Positions 9,529 through 18,555 of a stretch of 64,000 nt of DNA are shown here, one piece after another; the first letter of the stretch is position 1, and each line of letters begins with the position of its first letter. The stretch covers positions 1,056,001 through 1,120,000 of the forward strand of contig CAXXVZ010000003.1 of the NCBI GenBank assembly GCA_963678065.2. The letters are read 5' to 3'. Below the pieces are notes generated by a model, which was not told the origin of the DNA, did not search any database, and was given only the letters and a program-made list of their open reading frames with translations. Source of the stretch: Treponemataceae bacterium. Its GTDB lineage: Bacteria; Spirochaetota; Spirochaetia; Treponematales; Rectinemataceae. The translations under genes were made by a program, and so were the position numbers.

Positions 9529-11469
9529 TCAGGACCTTTTCTCGTCCTTGCGGTCTTTGCCCACCCTGGTTCTGGGGGCTTTCTTGGCGAATGGCCTGTC
9601 GGCCGGGGCCTTGTAGCCCTGAGGCTTATCCGCGTAAGGCTTGTCGACATGGGATTTGTCGCCGGCGTAGCCGGACTTCGCGTCGCGGTGAAATCCGGCT
9701 CCGGCAGAGCGACGGAAGGATCCCTCTGCATAGCCCGTGCGGGGACTGTCCTTGCCCGCGAACTCGCCCCGCGCCGCGCCATCGGGGAATTGTCCGCGGG
9801 GTGTGGCGAGCTTGACGAGGGGCATGCCGCCCGACTTGCGCGAACCCGCGATGACTTTCTCCGCTGCCTCGAAGGGCACGGAGACGAATGAAAAATTCTC
9901 GTAAATCTCGATGCTTCCGACGAGCCTGTCCGGAAGGCCCGAAGTCTTTTTGATCATGGCCGCGAGATCGCGGGGGCTGAGCCTGTCCTTGCGCCCGGCG
10001 CCGATGAAGAGTCGGACAATGGCGGTCGAGTCTACGGAAACCTCGGAAATATCGTGGTAGCGGGCCGGGTCGAGTTCCGAGCCGTAGGCCTCGAAGAGGA
10101 CGGAGGCGAGCGCCTCCCTCGACTCGAGTTTGTCGAGGATCTCGTCGGCGAGGGTGAGCCAGACCTTCGCCGTGGACGAGGGGATCTTGGCGGGGCTAGC
10201 GTCGGCCTCGAGCCTTCCCGGGAGCGCGCCCTCTTCTTCCGTGTTTTCGGCGCCGGAGCCCTCGGCTCCGATCTCGCCGGGCAGGAAATCGAGTTTCTCG
10301 GCGCGCGAGAATACTCTTCCCCGGAGTCTCTCGCGGCGGGCGGAGAGAACCTCGGAGACGGCGGGGACGGAACCCTTGCGGAAGGCGCTGCCGGCAGCGC
10401 GCTTGAAGCGGAAGAGCTTGCGGTATTCGTCGGGAGTGACGAAGGTGAGCGCAGTTCCCGCGTTCCCGGCGCGCCCCGTCCTGCCGACGCGGTGGAGGTA
10501 TGAGTCCGGATCGTGGGGCAAGGACCAGTTGACGACGTGGCTGAGGCAGTCGATGTCGATGCCGCGCGAGGCGACATCGGTGGCGACGAGAACGCGCAGG
10601 CGCTTGTCCCTGAACCTGGCGAGGATGCGCTCGCGCCTGTCCTGAGTGATGTCGCCGTGCAGGGCATCGGCCTCGTACCCGCGCTCTTCCAGGGACTTGG
10701 CCAGCTTCTCGGCCTCCACCCTGGTGGCAGTGAAGACGATGCCGTAGAAGTCCTCCTCGACATCCATGATGCGGCAGAGGGCCTCGAGGCGGTCGCGTTC
10801 CTGTATTTCCAGCCAGACTTGCTCGGCGAGCTCGGTGGCGACAGCCTCGGAAAAATCTTCGACAGTCTCGTAGGTGCCGAGGCGCCTGCGGACGATGTCG
10901 AGGATGGGGCGAGGCATGGTCGCGGAGAAGAGGACGGTGCGGGCTTCGGGGTTGCACATGCCCATGATGGTTTCGATGTCTTCGATGAAGCCCATGTCGA
11001 GCATCTCGTCGGCCTCGTCGAGGACGAAGAATTCGATCCTGTCGAGCTTGAGGCTTCCGCGGTTGAGGTGATCGAGGACGCGCCCCGGGGTTCCGACGAC
11101 GATGTCGATGCCGGAAGCTATGCGCCTGAGCTGTTCGCCCATGGAAGCGCCGCCGTACACGGGAGCGAGACGGGGGCGATCCGTGCTCTTGAGCGAGGCG
11201 ATTTCGCCTGTTACCTGGAGAGCGAGTTCGCGGGTCGGTACGAGGATGAGGGCCCTGATATGGTCGGAAGCGACGCTGAGTTTTTCAACGAGGGGGATGC
11301 CGAAGGCGGCTGTTTTTCCGGTTCCGGTCCGCGCGCGGGCGATGAGGGCAGGCCCCGGCTGCATGAGTTTGGGGATGGTGAGGCCCTGGATAGTAGTGGG
11401 TTCTTCGAAACCTTTTTTGGAGAGGGCGGTGAGGACGGCCTGCGAGAGGCCCAATGAGTCGAATGTCAT
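9529..11469 (-). CDS. deaD: DEAD-box RNA helicase DeaD/CsdA-like with C-terminal DbpA RNA-binding domain
   Basis: TGTGKT, PTRELA, DEAD, SAT, HRVGRTGRAG; C-terminal RLFIGAGRKD...IEIYENFSFV. Confidence 0.85.
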   Translation of the reverse strand: MTFDSLGLSQAVLTALSKKGFEEPTTIQGLTIPKLMQPGPALIARARTGTGKTAAFGIPLVEKLSVASDHIRALILVPTRELALQVTGEIASLKSTDRPRLAPVYGGASMGEQLRRIASGIDIVVGTPGRVLDHLNRGSLKLDRIEFFVLDEADEMLDMGFIEDIETIMGMCNPEARTVLFSATMPRPILDIVRRRLGTYETVEDFSEAVATELAEQVWLEIQERDRLEALCRIMDVEEDFYGIVFTATRVEAEKLAKSLEERGYEADALHGDITQDRRERILARFRDKRLRVLVATDVASRGIDIDCLSHVVNWSLPHDPDSYLHRVGRTGRAGNAGTALTFVTPDEYRKLFRFKRAAGSAFRKGSVPAVSEVLSARRERLRGRVFSRAEKLDFLPGEIGAEGSGAENTEEEGALPGRLEADASPAKIPSSTAKVWLTLADEILDKLESREALASVLFEAYGSELDPARYHDISEVSVDSTAIVRLFIGAGRKDRLSPRDLAAMIKKTSGLPDRLVGSIEIYENFSFVSVPFEAAEKVIAGSRKSGGMPLVKLATPRGQFPDGAARGEFAGKDSPRTGYAEGSFRRSAGAGFHRDAKSGYAGDKSHVDKPYADKPQGYKAPADRPFAKKAPRTRVGKDRKDEKRS

Positions 11470-11729
11470 AAGTATATTCTATGCCATATCATGCGTAATA
11501 TACCAGTGGATGTCGACGAATGCGGAGAAATATATTCGTACCGACAGTTTTTCCGGAATACGCAATGAACAAAAACTCTCTGCACTCGCGTCGCCCGGCT
11601 CCAAGAGGGGCGGCACGCGGCCATCCCGAGCGGCACCCTCGGAGGGGAAAGCGGGTATTTCCTCCCGCAATACTTGCTGTGCGGCTCTGTCGCGTTTATA
11701 GTCGCCTGCGGTCGGACCAGGGAGGAAGC

Positions 11730-12791
11730 ATGGACGAAAGGCGCACATCGAGAAGTTTCGCGAGCGATAACAATTCCGGGATCTGTCCGGAAATCCTCGC
11801 GGCGATCGCGGCGGCGAACAGCGGGCACGCCGTGGGTTACGGCGACGACGCCTGGACGGAAAAGACCAAAGCGCTGTTCCGGAAGGAATTCAACCCCGAG
11901 GGAAACGGCTATATCAGTACATACTTCGTCTTCAGCGGAACCGGGGCGAACGTCTTCGCCCTCTCGCTCGCAGCCGGCGCGGGTGAGAGCGTCATCTGCG
12001 CAAAGGGCGCCCACATCGGGGAGGACGAAACCGGTGCGGTCGAGGCCAGCCTGGGTTGCGTGGTCCTTCCCGTTGCGGAGGATCATGGGAAGATCCGCCC
12101 CGGAGCTTTGCGGGAAGCGCTGGGCTCCCTGGGATTCATCCATCAGCCGCAGCCCGTCTGCCTCTCTCTGACACAGCCGACTGAGCGGGGAGCCCTCTAT
12201 TCCATCGACGAAATCCGCGGCCTCTCACGCATCGCGCACGAGGCCGGCCTCGTCGTGCACATGGATGGGGCGCGCCTCGGCGTGGCGGCCGCTGCCCTCG
12301 GATGCGCCTTCAGGGAATGTACCGTGGATGCCGGAGTAGACATTCTGTCTTTCGGCGGCATGAAGAACGGAATCGGCTTCGGGGAGGCTGTCCTCGTATT
12401 CAAGCCCGAACTGGACAGGAAAGCCGCGTACCTGCAGAAAGCGCGGCTCCAGCTCAATTCCAAGATGCGCTTCGTCGCCGCCCAATATGAGGCATACCTC
12501 TCGGACGGAGTCTGGAGGCGCAACGCTCTCGCGGCGATCCGCACGGCGAGAAAACTCGAAGCAGGTCTCGCTGCTCTTCCCGGCGTCGAACTCGTGAAGC
12601 AGGTCGAAACGAACGCGGTTTTCGTCCGCTTGCCCCCCGGGACAGAGGAAAAATTGAGGAAGGAATGGTTCTTCTATTCGCTCGACAGAGGGGTGTCGCG
12701 TTTTGTCACGAGTTTCGACACGACTGACGACGACATCGAGAGTCTCGTGCGGGCGCTTGGTCGGATTCTCGGGCAGGAAACCGGTCGCTGA
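11730..12791 (+). CDS. ltaE: Low-specificity L-threonine aldolase (PLP)
   Basis: FASDN, YGDD, SGTGAN, HMDGAR, SFGGMKNG; GGAGG RBS before ATG 11730. Confidence 0.85.
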   Translation: MDERRTSRSFASDNNSGICPEILAAIAAANSGHAVGYGDDAWTEKTKALFRKEFNPEGNGYISTYFVFSGTGANVFALSLAAGAGESVICAKGAHIGEDETGAVEASLGCVVLPVAEDHGKIRPGALREALGSLGFIHQPQPVCLSLTQPTERGALYSIDEIRGLSRIAHEAGLVVHMDGARLGVAAAALGCAFRECTVDAGVDILSFGGMKNGIGFGEAVLVFKPELDRKAAYLQKARLQLNSKMRFVAAQYEAYLSDGVWRRNALAAIRTARKLEAGLAALPGVELVKQVETNAVFVRLPPGTEEKLRKEWFFYSLDRGVSRFVTSFDTTDDDIESLVRALGRILGQETGR

Positions 12792-12878
12792 AATCCCCGG
12801 GGACACATCGTCCGGGCGCACTATCTTTGCATGCGATCGCCTGCCCGTCCGCATTCCCCCGGACTCAAGGAGCCGCGC

Positions 12879-13616
12879 TCAGGCTTCGATTCCCGCCTCC
12901 ATTTCCAGCTTCGCCCGCCGCCTTCCCTGGACACGCAATATCGCGATGGAGAGCTCGAAGAGGCCGAGCATCGGAACCGCCAACAGAATCTGGGATACGA
13001 CATCGGGCGGTGTCACGATGGCGGCGACGATGAAGATCCCGAGAATGGCGATGCGCCTGGACCTGATGAGTATCTCCGCCTTCAGGATGCCCAGGGCTCC
13101 GAGCACGGCCGCGGCGATGGGCAGTTCGAAGGTGAGTCCGAAGGCGACGCAGAGGTCGGAGATGAAGCCGAGGTACTCTTTGATCGAGATCATGGGCTCC
13201 ACCATCTGGCTCGAATACGAGAGGAAGAACCTGATGGTGAAGGGGACGATGACGAAGTAGGCGAATGCCGCCCCGGCCACGAAGAAAAGTCCGCTGAAGA
13301 GGAGGGCCCCGAGTATGGACCGCCTCTCCGTCGCGCCGATCGCAGGGCGCACGAACATCCATATCTCGTAGATGATGACGGGAAGGGAAAAAGCGAGCCC
13401 CGCGTAGACTGAGAGCTTCACGAAGGCGATGAAGAGGTCGGGAGGGGAAAGAAAAACGAATTTCAGCCCTGAGGCGGGCTTCATGATAAAATCCGCCATG
13501 GGTTTCGTGAAGGAGAAGCTCGCGAACGTGGCGATGATGAATACAACCAGGACGACGATGATTCGCTTCCTGAGTTCGGCCAGATGGCTGTAGAAAGGCA
13601 TCACTTTATCGCTCAC
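12879..13616 (-). CDS. tatC: Twin-arginine translocase subunit TatC (start approximate)
   Basis: HLAELRKR, YEIW.F..P, FELP, TPPDVVSQ, LFELSI. Confidence 0.93.
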   Translation of the reverse strand: MSDKVMPFYSHLAELRKRIIVVLVVFIIATFASFSFTKPMADFIMKPASGLKFVFLSPPDLFIAFVKLSVYAGLAFSLPVIIYEIWMFVRPAIGATERRSILGALLFSGLFFVAGAAFAYFVIVPFTIRFFLSYSSQMVEPMISIKEYLGFISDLCVAFGLTFELPIAAAVLGALGILKAEILIRSRRIAILGIFIVAAIVTPPDVVSQILLAVPMLGLFELSIAILRVQGRRRAKLEMEAGIEA

Positions 13617-13653
13617 GGGAGCTTCCTGTCCGGCCTCGGGCGCGATCACTTTT

Positions 13654-13896
13654 TCAGGCCTTTCCGCCCTTGTCGGTCTTTTCGGCCTTGGCCGCGGTGT
13701 TCTCGATCTTGGGGGCGGCCTCGTCGGGACTCGTCGCCTTGTCGATTTCGTCGGTGACCTTCTCGGAAGTCTTGCGGAACTGGCGGATGGCCTCGCCGAC
13801 AGCCTTGCCGATTTCGGGCAGCTTCTTGGGTCCGAAAATGACAAGGGCAATTACAAGGATGAGTATGAGCTCCATGGGCCCGATTCTTCCGAACAT
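13654..13896 (-). CDS. tatA: Twin-arginine translocase subunit TatA
   Basis: IGPMEL..I...[27 protein letters not shown]. Confidence 0.93.
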   Translation of the reverse strand: MFGRIGPMELILILVIALVIFGPKKLPEIGKAVGEAIRQFRKTSEKVTDEIDKATSPDEAAPKIENTAAKAEKTDKGGKA

Positions 13897-13905
13897 GATG
13901 TCCTC

Positions 13906-14712
13906 CTACCGGATCCGCTCCGGCCGCGTATAAATGACGGGATCCCGGGATCCCATTCTTCCCACCAGCGTCAGACCGCCTCTCTGGGCTATTTCGTAGG
14001 CCGTTGTCGTCGGAATGCTTCGTGATACCACGATCGGAACGCCTGCGACAACGGCCTTGAGGGCCATATCGGCGGCGATCCTTCCGCTTGTCAGAAGGAT
14101 GCAGGAGCCGGGATCGACTCCGTCGAGCATCGCTCTGCCGATGACCTTGTCGACAGCGTTGTGCCTGCCGACATCCTCCCGCGCGACAAAATACGCTTCG
14201 TCGCCGCGGCCCGCGATGGCCGCACAGTGCATGCCGCCGGTCAGACGGTACAATTCCGCCGCCGCAAACATGTCCCGCGCGCGGGCCGCAAGCTCCTCTG
14301 TCGAGACGGTCCACCCGCACTCGACTGGCGGCCTGTACAGGAATTCCTGGGAAAACAGGGCCCCCGAGCCGCATCCGGAAGCGATGACCCCCCCGAGATC
14401 CAGGCCGGCGCCGACACTGATCGAGGCCGATTCGACATCGACGCGCGCCTTCGAGAGGCAGACCTTGATGGAGGGCGGAGGGCAGGGAGTCCCCGCCTGC
14501 CTTGCATCAGGGCCGGAGCTGAAATCGACCAGCCCCCTCGTGACCAGATGCCCCCATGCGAGCTCAGTCAGATCGCGCGGAGTACACATCAGCACGGCTA
14601 TCTTCCTGCCGTTGGCGTAGATCTCCACAGGCTGCTCAGAGGCCAATGGCGCCGCCGAAAGCGAGGCCGCTGGCGGAGTCCGGGATAGTGCGGCGCGTGA
14701 CTCCCCTGGCAA
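13906..14712 (-). CDS. fdhD: Formate dehydrogenase accessory sulfurtransferase FdhD
   Basis: MCTP.DL, SGCG, TGGMH.AA, EDVGRHNAVDKVIG, TSGR. Confidence 0.9.
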   Translation of the reverse strand: MPGESRAALSRTPPAASLSAAPLASEQPVEIYANGRKIAVLMCTPRDLTELAWGHLVTRGLVDFSSGPDARQAGTPCPPPSIKVCLSKARVDVESASISVGAGLDLGGVIASGCGSGALFSQEFLYRPPVECGWTVSTEELAARARDMFAAAELYRLTGGMHCAAIAGRGDEAYFVAREDVGRHNAVDKVIGRAMLDGVDPGSCILLTSGRIAADMALKAVVAGVPIVVSRSIPTTTAYEIAQRGGLTLVGRMGSRDPVIYTRPERIR

Positions 14713-14729
14713 TCCGCTACGTTCGGAGT

Positions 14730-15266
14730 TCAGGGATTCTCCTTCTGGATGACTTCGATGAATTCGGCCAGTCCCTGCGCGTGGTTCTCGCCGAGAAACT
14801 CGCTCGAATACAGGAACAGTACACCATTGGAAGTCCGACAGGTCTTTATGTCGGCCGTATCAGGCCGCATGGCGATCCGGTTGAGGGTTTCGCCGAACTC
14901 GTTCTGTCGCATCGAAAAAGGAGGCTCTAGGAAAGTCCGCGCGTAGGTAGGTCTCGGGTAGATGCGCGACTCGTCGCGGACCGTATCCGCCACGAGCCTG
15001 ACAGGATCCCTCTCCTCCACCCTGAAGAGGTGAAGCGCGTAGGCAGCCGTAATTTCCTTCTCGCTGAAATAGTATTCGTCCCGGGAACCGGCGATCTTCT
15101 TGATGTCGTCGGCCTGGGCCTGCGACACGAGGAGCGCTGGGTCATCCTCAGGGAACTCCCGCTTTAAAGCGGAGAGGCGCATGAGGGAGCCTGCGCGGCT
15201 CGTTTCGCGTATCCTTTCGGCAAGGGCGGCCGGATCTATCCGGCCGACTTTCGGTTCTTTGCTCAT
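14730..15266 (-). CDS. ydhW: YdhW-family oxidoreductase-system protein
   Basis: GS.D.YY.S, V.DTVR.E...YPRP, ADI....S..VL.LYS, GL.E..EV.Q.ENP resemble E. coli YdhW as remembered; lies directly after ydhV. Confidence 0.8.
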   Translation of the reverse strand: MSKEPKVGRIDPAALAERIRETSRAGSLMRLSALKREFPEDDPALLVSQAQADDIKKIAGSRDEYYFSEKEITAAYALHLFRVEERDPVRLVADTVRDESRIYPRPTYARTFLEPPFSMRQNEFGETLNRIAMRPDTADIKTCRTSNGVLFLYSSEFLGENHAQGLAEFIEVIQKENP

Positions 15267-15356
15267 GGCACTAGCTACAGGATACAGGCATCGGGTGTGA
15301 ATGCCAACCAGGACAAAAAGCCCGGTGGGCGGAGTCACTCCCCGATGCCATCACGA

Positions 15357-17474
15357 TCAAGGCAGAAGTCCGCGGGCTGCGAGATCGTCGGCTACGGCTG
15401 CGAGGCCGGCGGCTTCGAGTCCCGCGCGGGAGGGCGCGCCTGTCCTTTCGTCCCAGCCGAACTCGCGGTAGACCATGGTCCTTCCGAGTTCCAGGTCTCC
15501 GGCTTCCATCTGGATGGTGCCGGGGGTGAACTGCGGGATATCCACGCCGTTCTTGTCCTTGTCTGGCTTGGTCACCCACTTGGTGGTCTGATCGTGCTCC
15601 TTGCGGAGATCGGCTGTCCCCATCTGGCGCACCGTGATGGCGCGGAAGAGGGTGAAGTTCTTGGCAGCAGCCTCGTCGAGCTGCTTTTCCGTCATCTGGA
15701 TACCGGTCGCGAGGGAGTAGAATTTCGCCTCGAGGCCGGTGTCGCCGCGGTACTTGCGCTCCCTGAGGGGGCTCACGGACATCGGCCACATCCAGTTGCA
15801 GAGCGTGAGGCTGTTGTGCAACATCGCCCTCGAGAGGGCCCACTTGACGAATCTCGCCTTGTAGACATTCATCGGCTTGTAGTTCAGCGGTGCGTCGTAG
15901 GCGTCAGGAGATCCGAAAATTTCGCCGGCGATCTCCTTCTGGAGGGCGACGGGGAGTTTGGAGCCGACGAAGTTCATGTGCGAGTGGTTCTGGGAGTCGC
16001 GGTTGGAGAAGCAGGAGATGAGGGCGCCGACCTGACCGTTGGCCTCGTTGGAGTGGTGGACGGGATATCCGCCGTGAGTCCAGAGTTTGCCGTTCTTGTC
16101 GTTCCAGTAGTCGTCGCCGAGGTTCCAGCGCTCGGCGATCCAGTAGGAGCCGTCGGCGATGTGGGAGAACTCGCCGATCTTGAAGGCGACGCGCTTGTAG
16201 AAATCGAGGTAGAAGGTTGCATCGCCCTTGATGAGCTTGTCCCATGGAATGGAAGCGTACTCGTCGGCAGGCAGGACGCGCTTGAAGACGCCCTTGTCCC
16301 AGCAGTATTTGAGATCGCGGCCTATCTGGGCGTAGTTGCACCAGACGCCGTAGTCGTCGGCGAGCTTGGTGCCGATGGCGTTGCCGATGAGGGCACTGTC
16401 GGGGCCGTTGCCGTCGAATTCCTTGATGCCGTTGAACATGACGCCCTTGGGGCCGGACCATCCGACGCAGGTGTTGCCGACGTACTCATCGTAGCCATAT
16501 TTCTTCAGCGCAGGCACCTTGAGCTGGGAGTGGCAGCGGATCGGGCAGTGGGCGCAGCCGCCCATCCTGACCGTGAATTTTTCCGCTCCCGCGCCGAGAT
16601 CGAAGATGGCCTTCTGCGTGCGCAGGCCGACGGACTGCATGTCGTGCGGATCGCACTCGCCGGTCTCGACCGGAGGATTGGCGGCGCCCCAGTAGAGGCC
16701 CTTGCGCCCTGTCCACCTGGACGAGCTGTCGGAGTACTCGGCCCACCTCTGGGGGGTGGAGGGAACGACCATCTGGTTGTTCGCGCCGATGATAGTCATC
16801 ATGTATTTCTCGAGCTCCATCCAGTCCTTGCGGTCAGCCGCGATCTTGACGGATCCGGTGCCCTTGACTCCGATGGCCTTGAGGTTCTTGGCGCCCATGA
16901 CGCCGCCATGGCCGCCGGCGGAGTGCGAGGTTCCGGTGCGGATGACGGAGAGGTTGACCATGTTCTCGCCGGCCTGACCGATAGCCGCAACCTGGGCCTC
17001 CTTGCCCATGAAGGAGGCGACCATGGCCTGGGTGTCGAAAATGCCCTTGCCCCACATCCAGCGCGCGTCCTCGATGGTGACGACATCGTCCTCGATGCGG
17101 AGCCAGACAGGGCTCGATGCCTTCCCTTCGATGACGATCATGTCCCAGCCGGCGTATTTCAGTTCGACGGAGAAGTAGCCGCCCATGTGGGAGCTCGAGA
17201 CGCCGCCGAAGGGGCTGGAGGGAAGCAGGGAAGTGATGTTGGTCCTTCCGGAGCAGGGAGCGCCCGTGCCGCACAGGGGACCGGTTCCGAAAATGATCTT
17301 GTTCGCGGGATCGAAGGGCTTGGTGCCGGGGGCGACTTCGTCCCACATGATCTTCATGGCGATGCCTTCGCCGCCGATGAACTCGACATATTTGAGGGTA
17401 TCGTCAGTGGAGACTTCCCTGGTGTTGAGGTTCACGCGGAGAATCTTGCCGGTGTATCCGTATGTTGTGCTCAT
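15357..17474 (-). CDS. ydhV: YdhV-type aldehyde:ferredoxin oxidoreductase family enzyme
   Basis: GYTGKILRVNL, GTKPFD.ANK, IGANN..VVPSTPQ.WAEYSD..SRWT.RKGL.WGAA, C..CPIRC. Confidence 0.9.
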   Translation of the reverse strand: MSTTYGYTGKILRVNLNTREVSTDDTLKYVEFIGGEGIAMKIMWDEVAPGTKPFDPANKIIFGTGPLCGTGAPCSGRTNITSLLPSSPFGGVSSSHMGGYFSVELKYAGWDMIVIEGKASSPVWLRIEDDVVTIEDARWMWGKGIFDTQAMVASFMGKEAQVAAIGQAGENMVNLSVIRTGTSHSAGGHGGVMGAKNLKAIGVKGTGSVKIAADRKDWMELEKYMMTIIGANNQMVVPSTPQRWAEYSDSSSRWTGRKGLYWGAANPPVETGECDPHDMQSVGLRTQKAIFDLGAGAEKFTVRMGGCAHCPIRCHSQLKVPALKKYGYDEYVGNTCVGWSGPKGVMFNGIKEFDGNGPDSALIGNAIGTKLADDYGVWCNYAQIGRDLKYCWDKGVFKRVLPADEYASIPWDKLIKGDATFYLDFYKRVAFKIGEFSHIADGSYWIAERWNLGDDYWNDKNGKLWTHGGYPVHHSNEANGQVGALISCFSNRDSQNHSHMNFVGSKLPVALQKEIAGEIFGSPDAYDAPLNYKPMNVYKARFVKWALSRAMLHNSLTLCNWMWPMSVSPLRERKYRGDTGLEAKFYSLATGIQMTEKQLDEAAAKNFTLFRAITVRQMGTADLRKEHDQTTKWVTKPDKDKNGVDIPQFTPGTIQMEAGDLELGRTMVYREFGWDERTGAPSRAGLEAAGLAAVADDLAARGLLP

Positions 17475-17491
17475 GTTTCATTCCTCCCGCA

Positions 17492-18187
17492 TCACGCTGT
17501 CGCGCCTGAGACGACATCGGCTCCGTACAGGAGCTTTTCGGCATCCTCGAAGCTGTACATGCGGATGGCGCCCGTAGGGCAGGCCTTCGCGCAGGACGGA
17601 TCTCCGTCACAGGTCGTGCACTTCGTGGAAATGTTGGTTTCCTGGTCGACCGTGGGGATACTCCAGGGGCAGGCGCGTTCGCAGGTTCCGCAGCCTATGC
17701 ACTTGTCCTCGTCGACGACACGGGCACCAGTTTTGGCGTTGGTGCCGATCGCTCCGACCGGGCAGTTGATGCCGCAGGCGGGCTTGCCGCACTGGCGGCA
17801 GGTCTCGCCGACAATGCGGAAGTTGCCGAGTTGGCCATCGGCCACCGCATACGCGGAGCTTACGCCCTTCGGCCCGAAGTTCTGGTTCCGCGTGATCTTG
17901 ACGCGGGAAATATGGGAGGAGACCTTGCCGTCGTTCCTGGCGGTGCAGGCGTACTCGCACCTGCGGCAGGCGACGCAGCGGTTGGGGTCCTGGATCATGA
18001 CGCCGTTCGGTGTCGCCCAGACCATAACCTCATTTCCGCCCTTGATCTTGACTTTCGTCGCGCCACCGAGTGTGAGTGCAATGAATGCGGCGGCTAAACC
18101 GCCTCCGGTGACCTTGAGAAAGTCGCGTCGGGACTGACTTTTCCCGAAGAAAGAGCCCACTTCCGTTGTGTTGAAGGAGTCGCTCAT
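17492..18187 (-). CDS. ydhY: YdhY-type 4x[4Fe-4S] ferredoxin with Tat signal and C-terminal DVVSGAT motif
   Basis: SRRDFLK plus hydrophobic stretch; CVACRRCEYAC, CRQC..P.C...CP, CIGCGTC...CP, C..C....C...CP; AGGAG RBS. Confidence 0.85.
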   Translation of the reverse strand: MSDSFNTTEVGSFFGKSQSRRDFLKVTGGGLAAAFIALTLGGATKVKIKGGNEVMVWATPNGVMIQDPNRCVACRRCEYACTARNDGKVSSHISRVKITRNQNFGPKGVSSAYAVADGQLGNFRIVGETCRQCGKPACGINCPVGAIGTNAKTGARVVDEDKCIGCGTCERACPWSIPTVDQETNISTKCTTCDGDPSCAKACPTGAIRMYSFEDAEKLLYGADVVSGATA

Positions 18188-18248
18188 CTCTCCTGCCTCC
18201 AAATGATCCGCGTCGCGAGAACGCGGTATGGGGTGAGAAAACGATCGT

Positions 18249-18378
18249 CTCCTTTCCAATGCCGGAAAGGCGGGAGGCATGCCGGTTTCCCTGCATACCT
18301 TTCAGAAGGGGGACGACGCCCCCTCCTTAAGACCGCACTCCATGGCCCCGGAGGCCTGCAGGATGATGCGGTTCGGAG
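18249..18378 (-). ncRNA. Molybdenum-cofactor (Moco) riboswitch
   Basis: Minus strand CTCCGA...P2 ACCGCA/TGCGGT...P3 AGGAGGGGG/CCCCCTTCT...P4 GGTATGC-GG-GAAA-CC-GCATGCC...GCCTCCCG...TGGAAAGGAG; sits upstream of pterin-enzyme genes. Confidence 0.85.
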
Positions 18379-18423
18379 AACGATGCTCGAACCAATATCT
18401 GCACATCGGCTCAAGCTGTATTT

Positions 18424-18452
18424 TTTTTACCATACCTGAAGAGTATCGTCAA
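18424..18452 (-). promoter_or_regulatory. Putative sigma-70 promoter of the riboswitch-ydhY operon
   Basis: TTGACG-17-TAAAAA with extended TGn; AT-rich upstream tract. Confidence 0.5.
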
Positions 18453-18555
18453 GTTATTTTATATATATTATTATAGATACAGATTTCTATATTCTTACCA
18501 AACCAGTCCCATATGTCACCCGAGGGCTTGAGTATCGGCGAAGAGCCCGTTCAGC

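Noticed and set aside
11470..11729. Intergenic region between deaD and ltaE as a riboswitch
   Set aside because: Some short hairpins but no recognisable aptamer consensus or terminator
15297..18137. 946-aa plus-strand ORF and other long antisense ORFs (e.g. 1540-2877, 47739-49646, 53612-55123)
   Set aside because: Shadow frames of well-supported genes, expected with high-GC codon bias; no motifs or RBS
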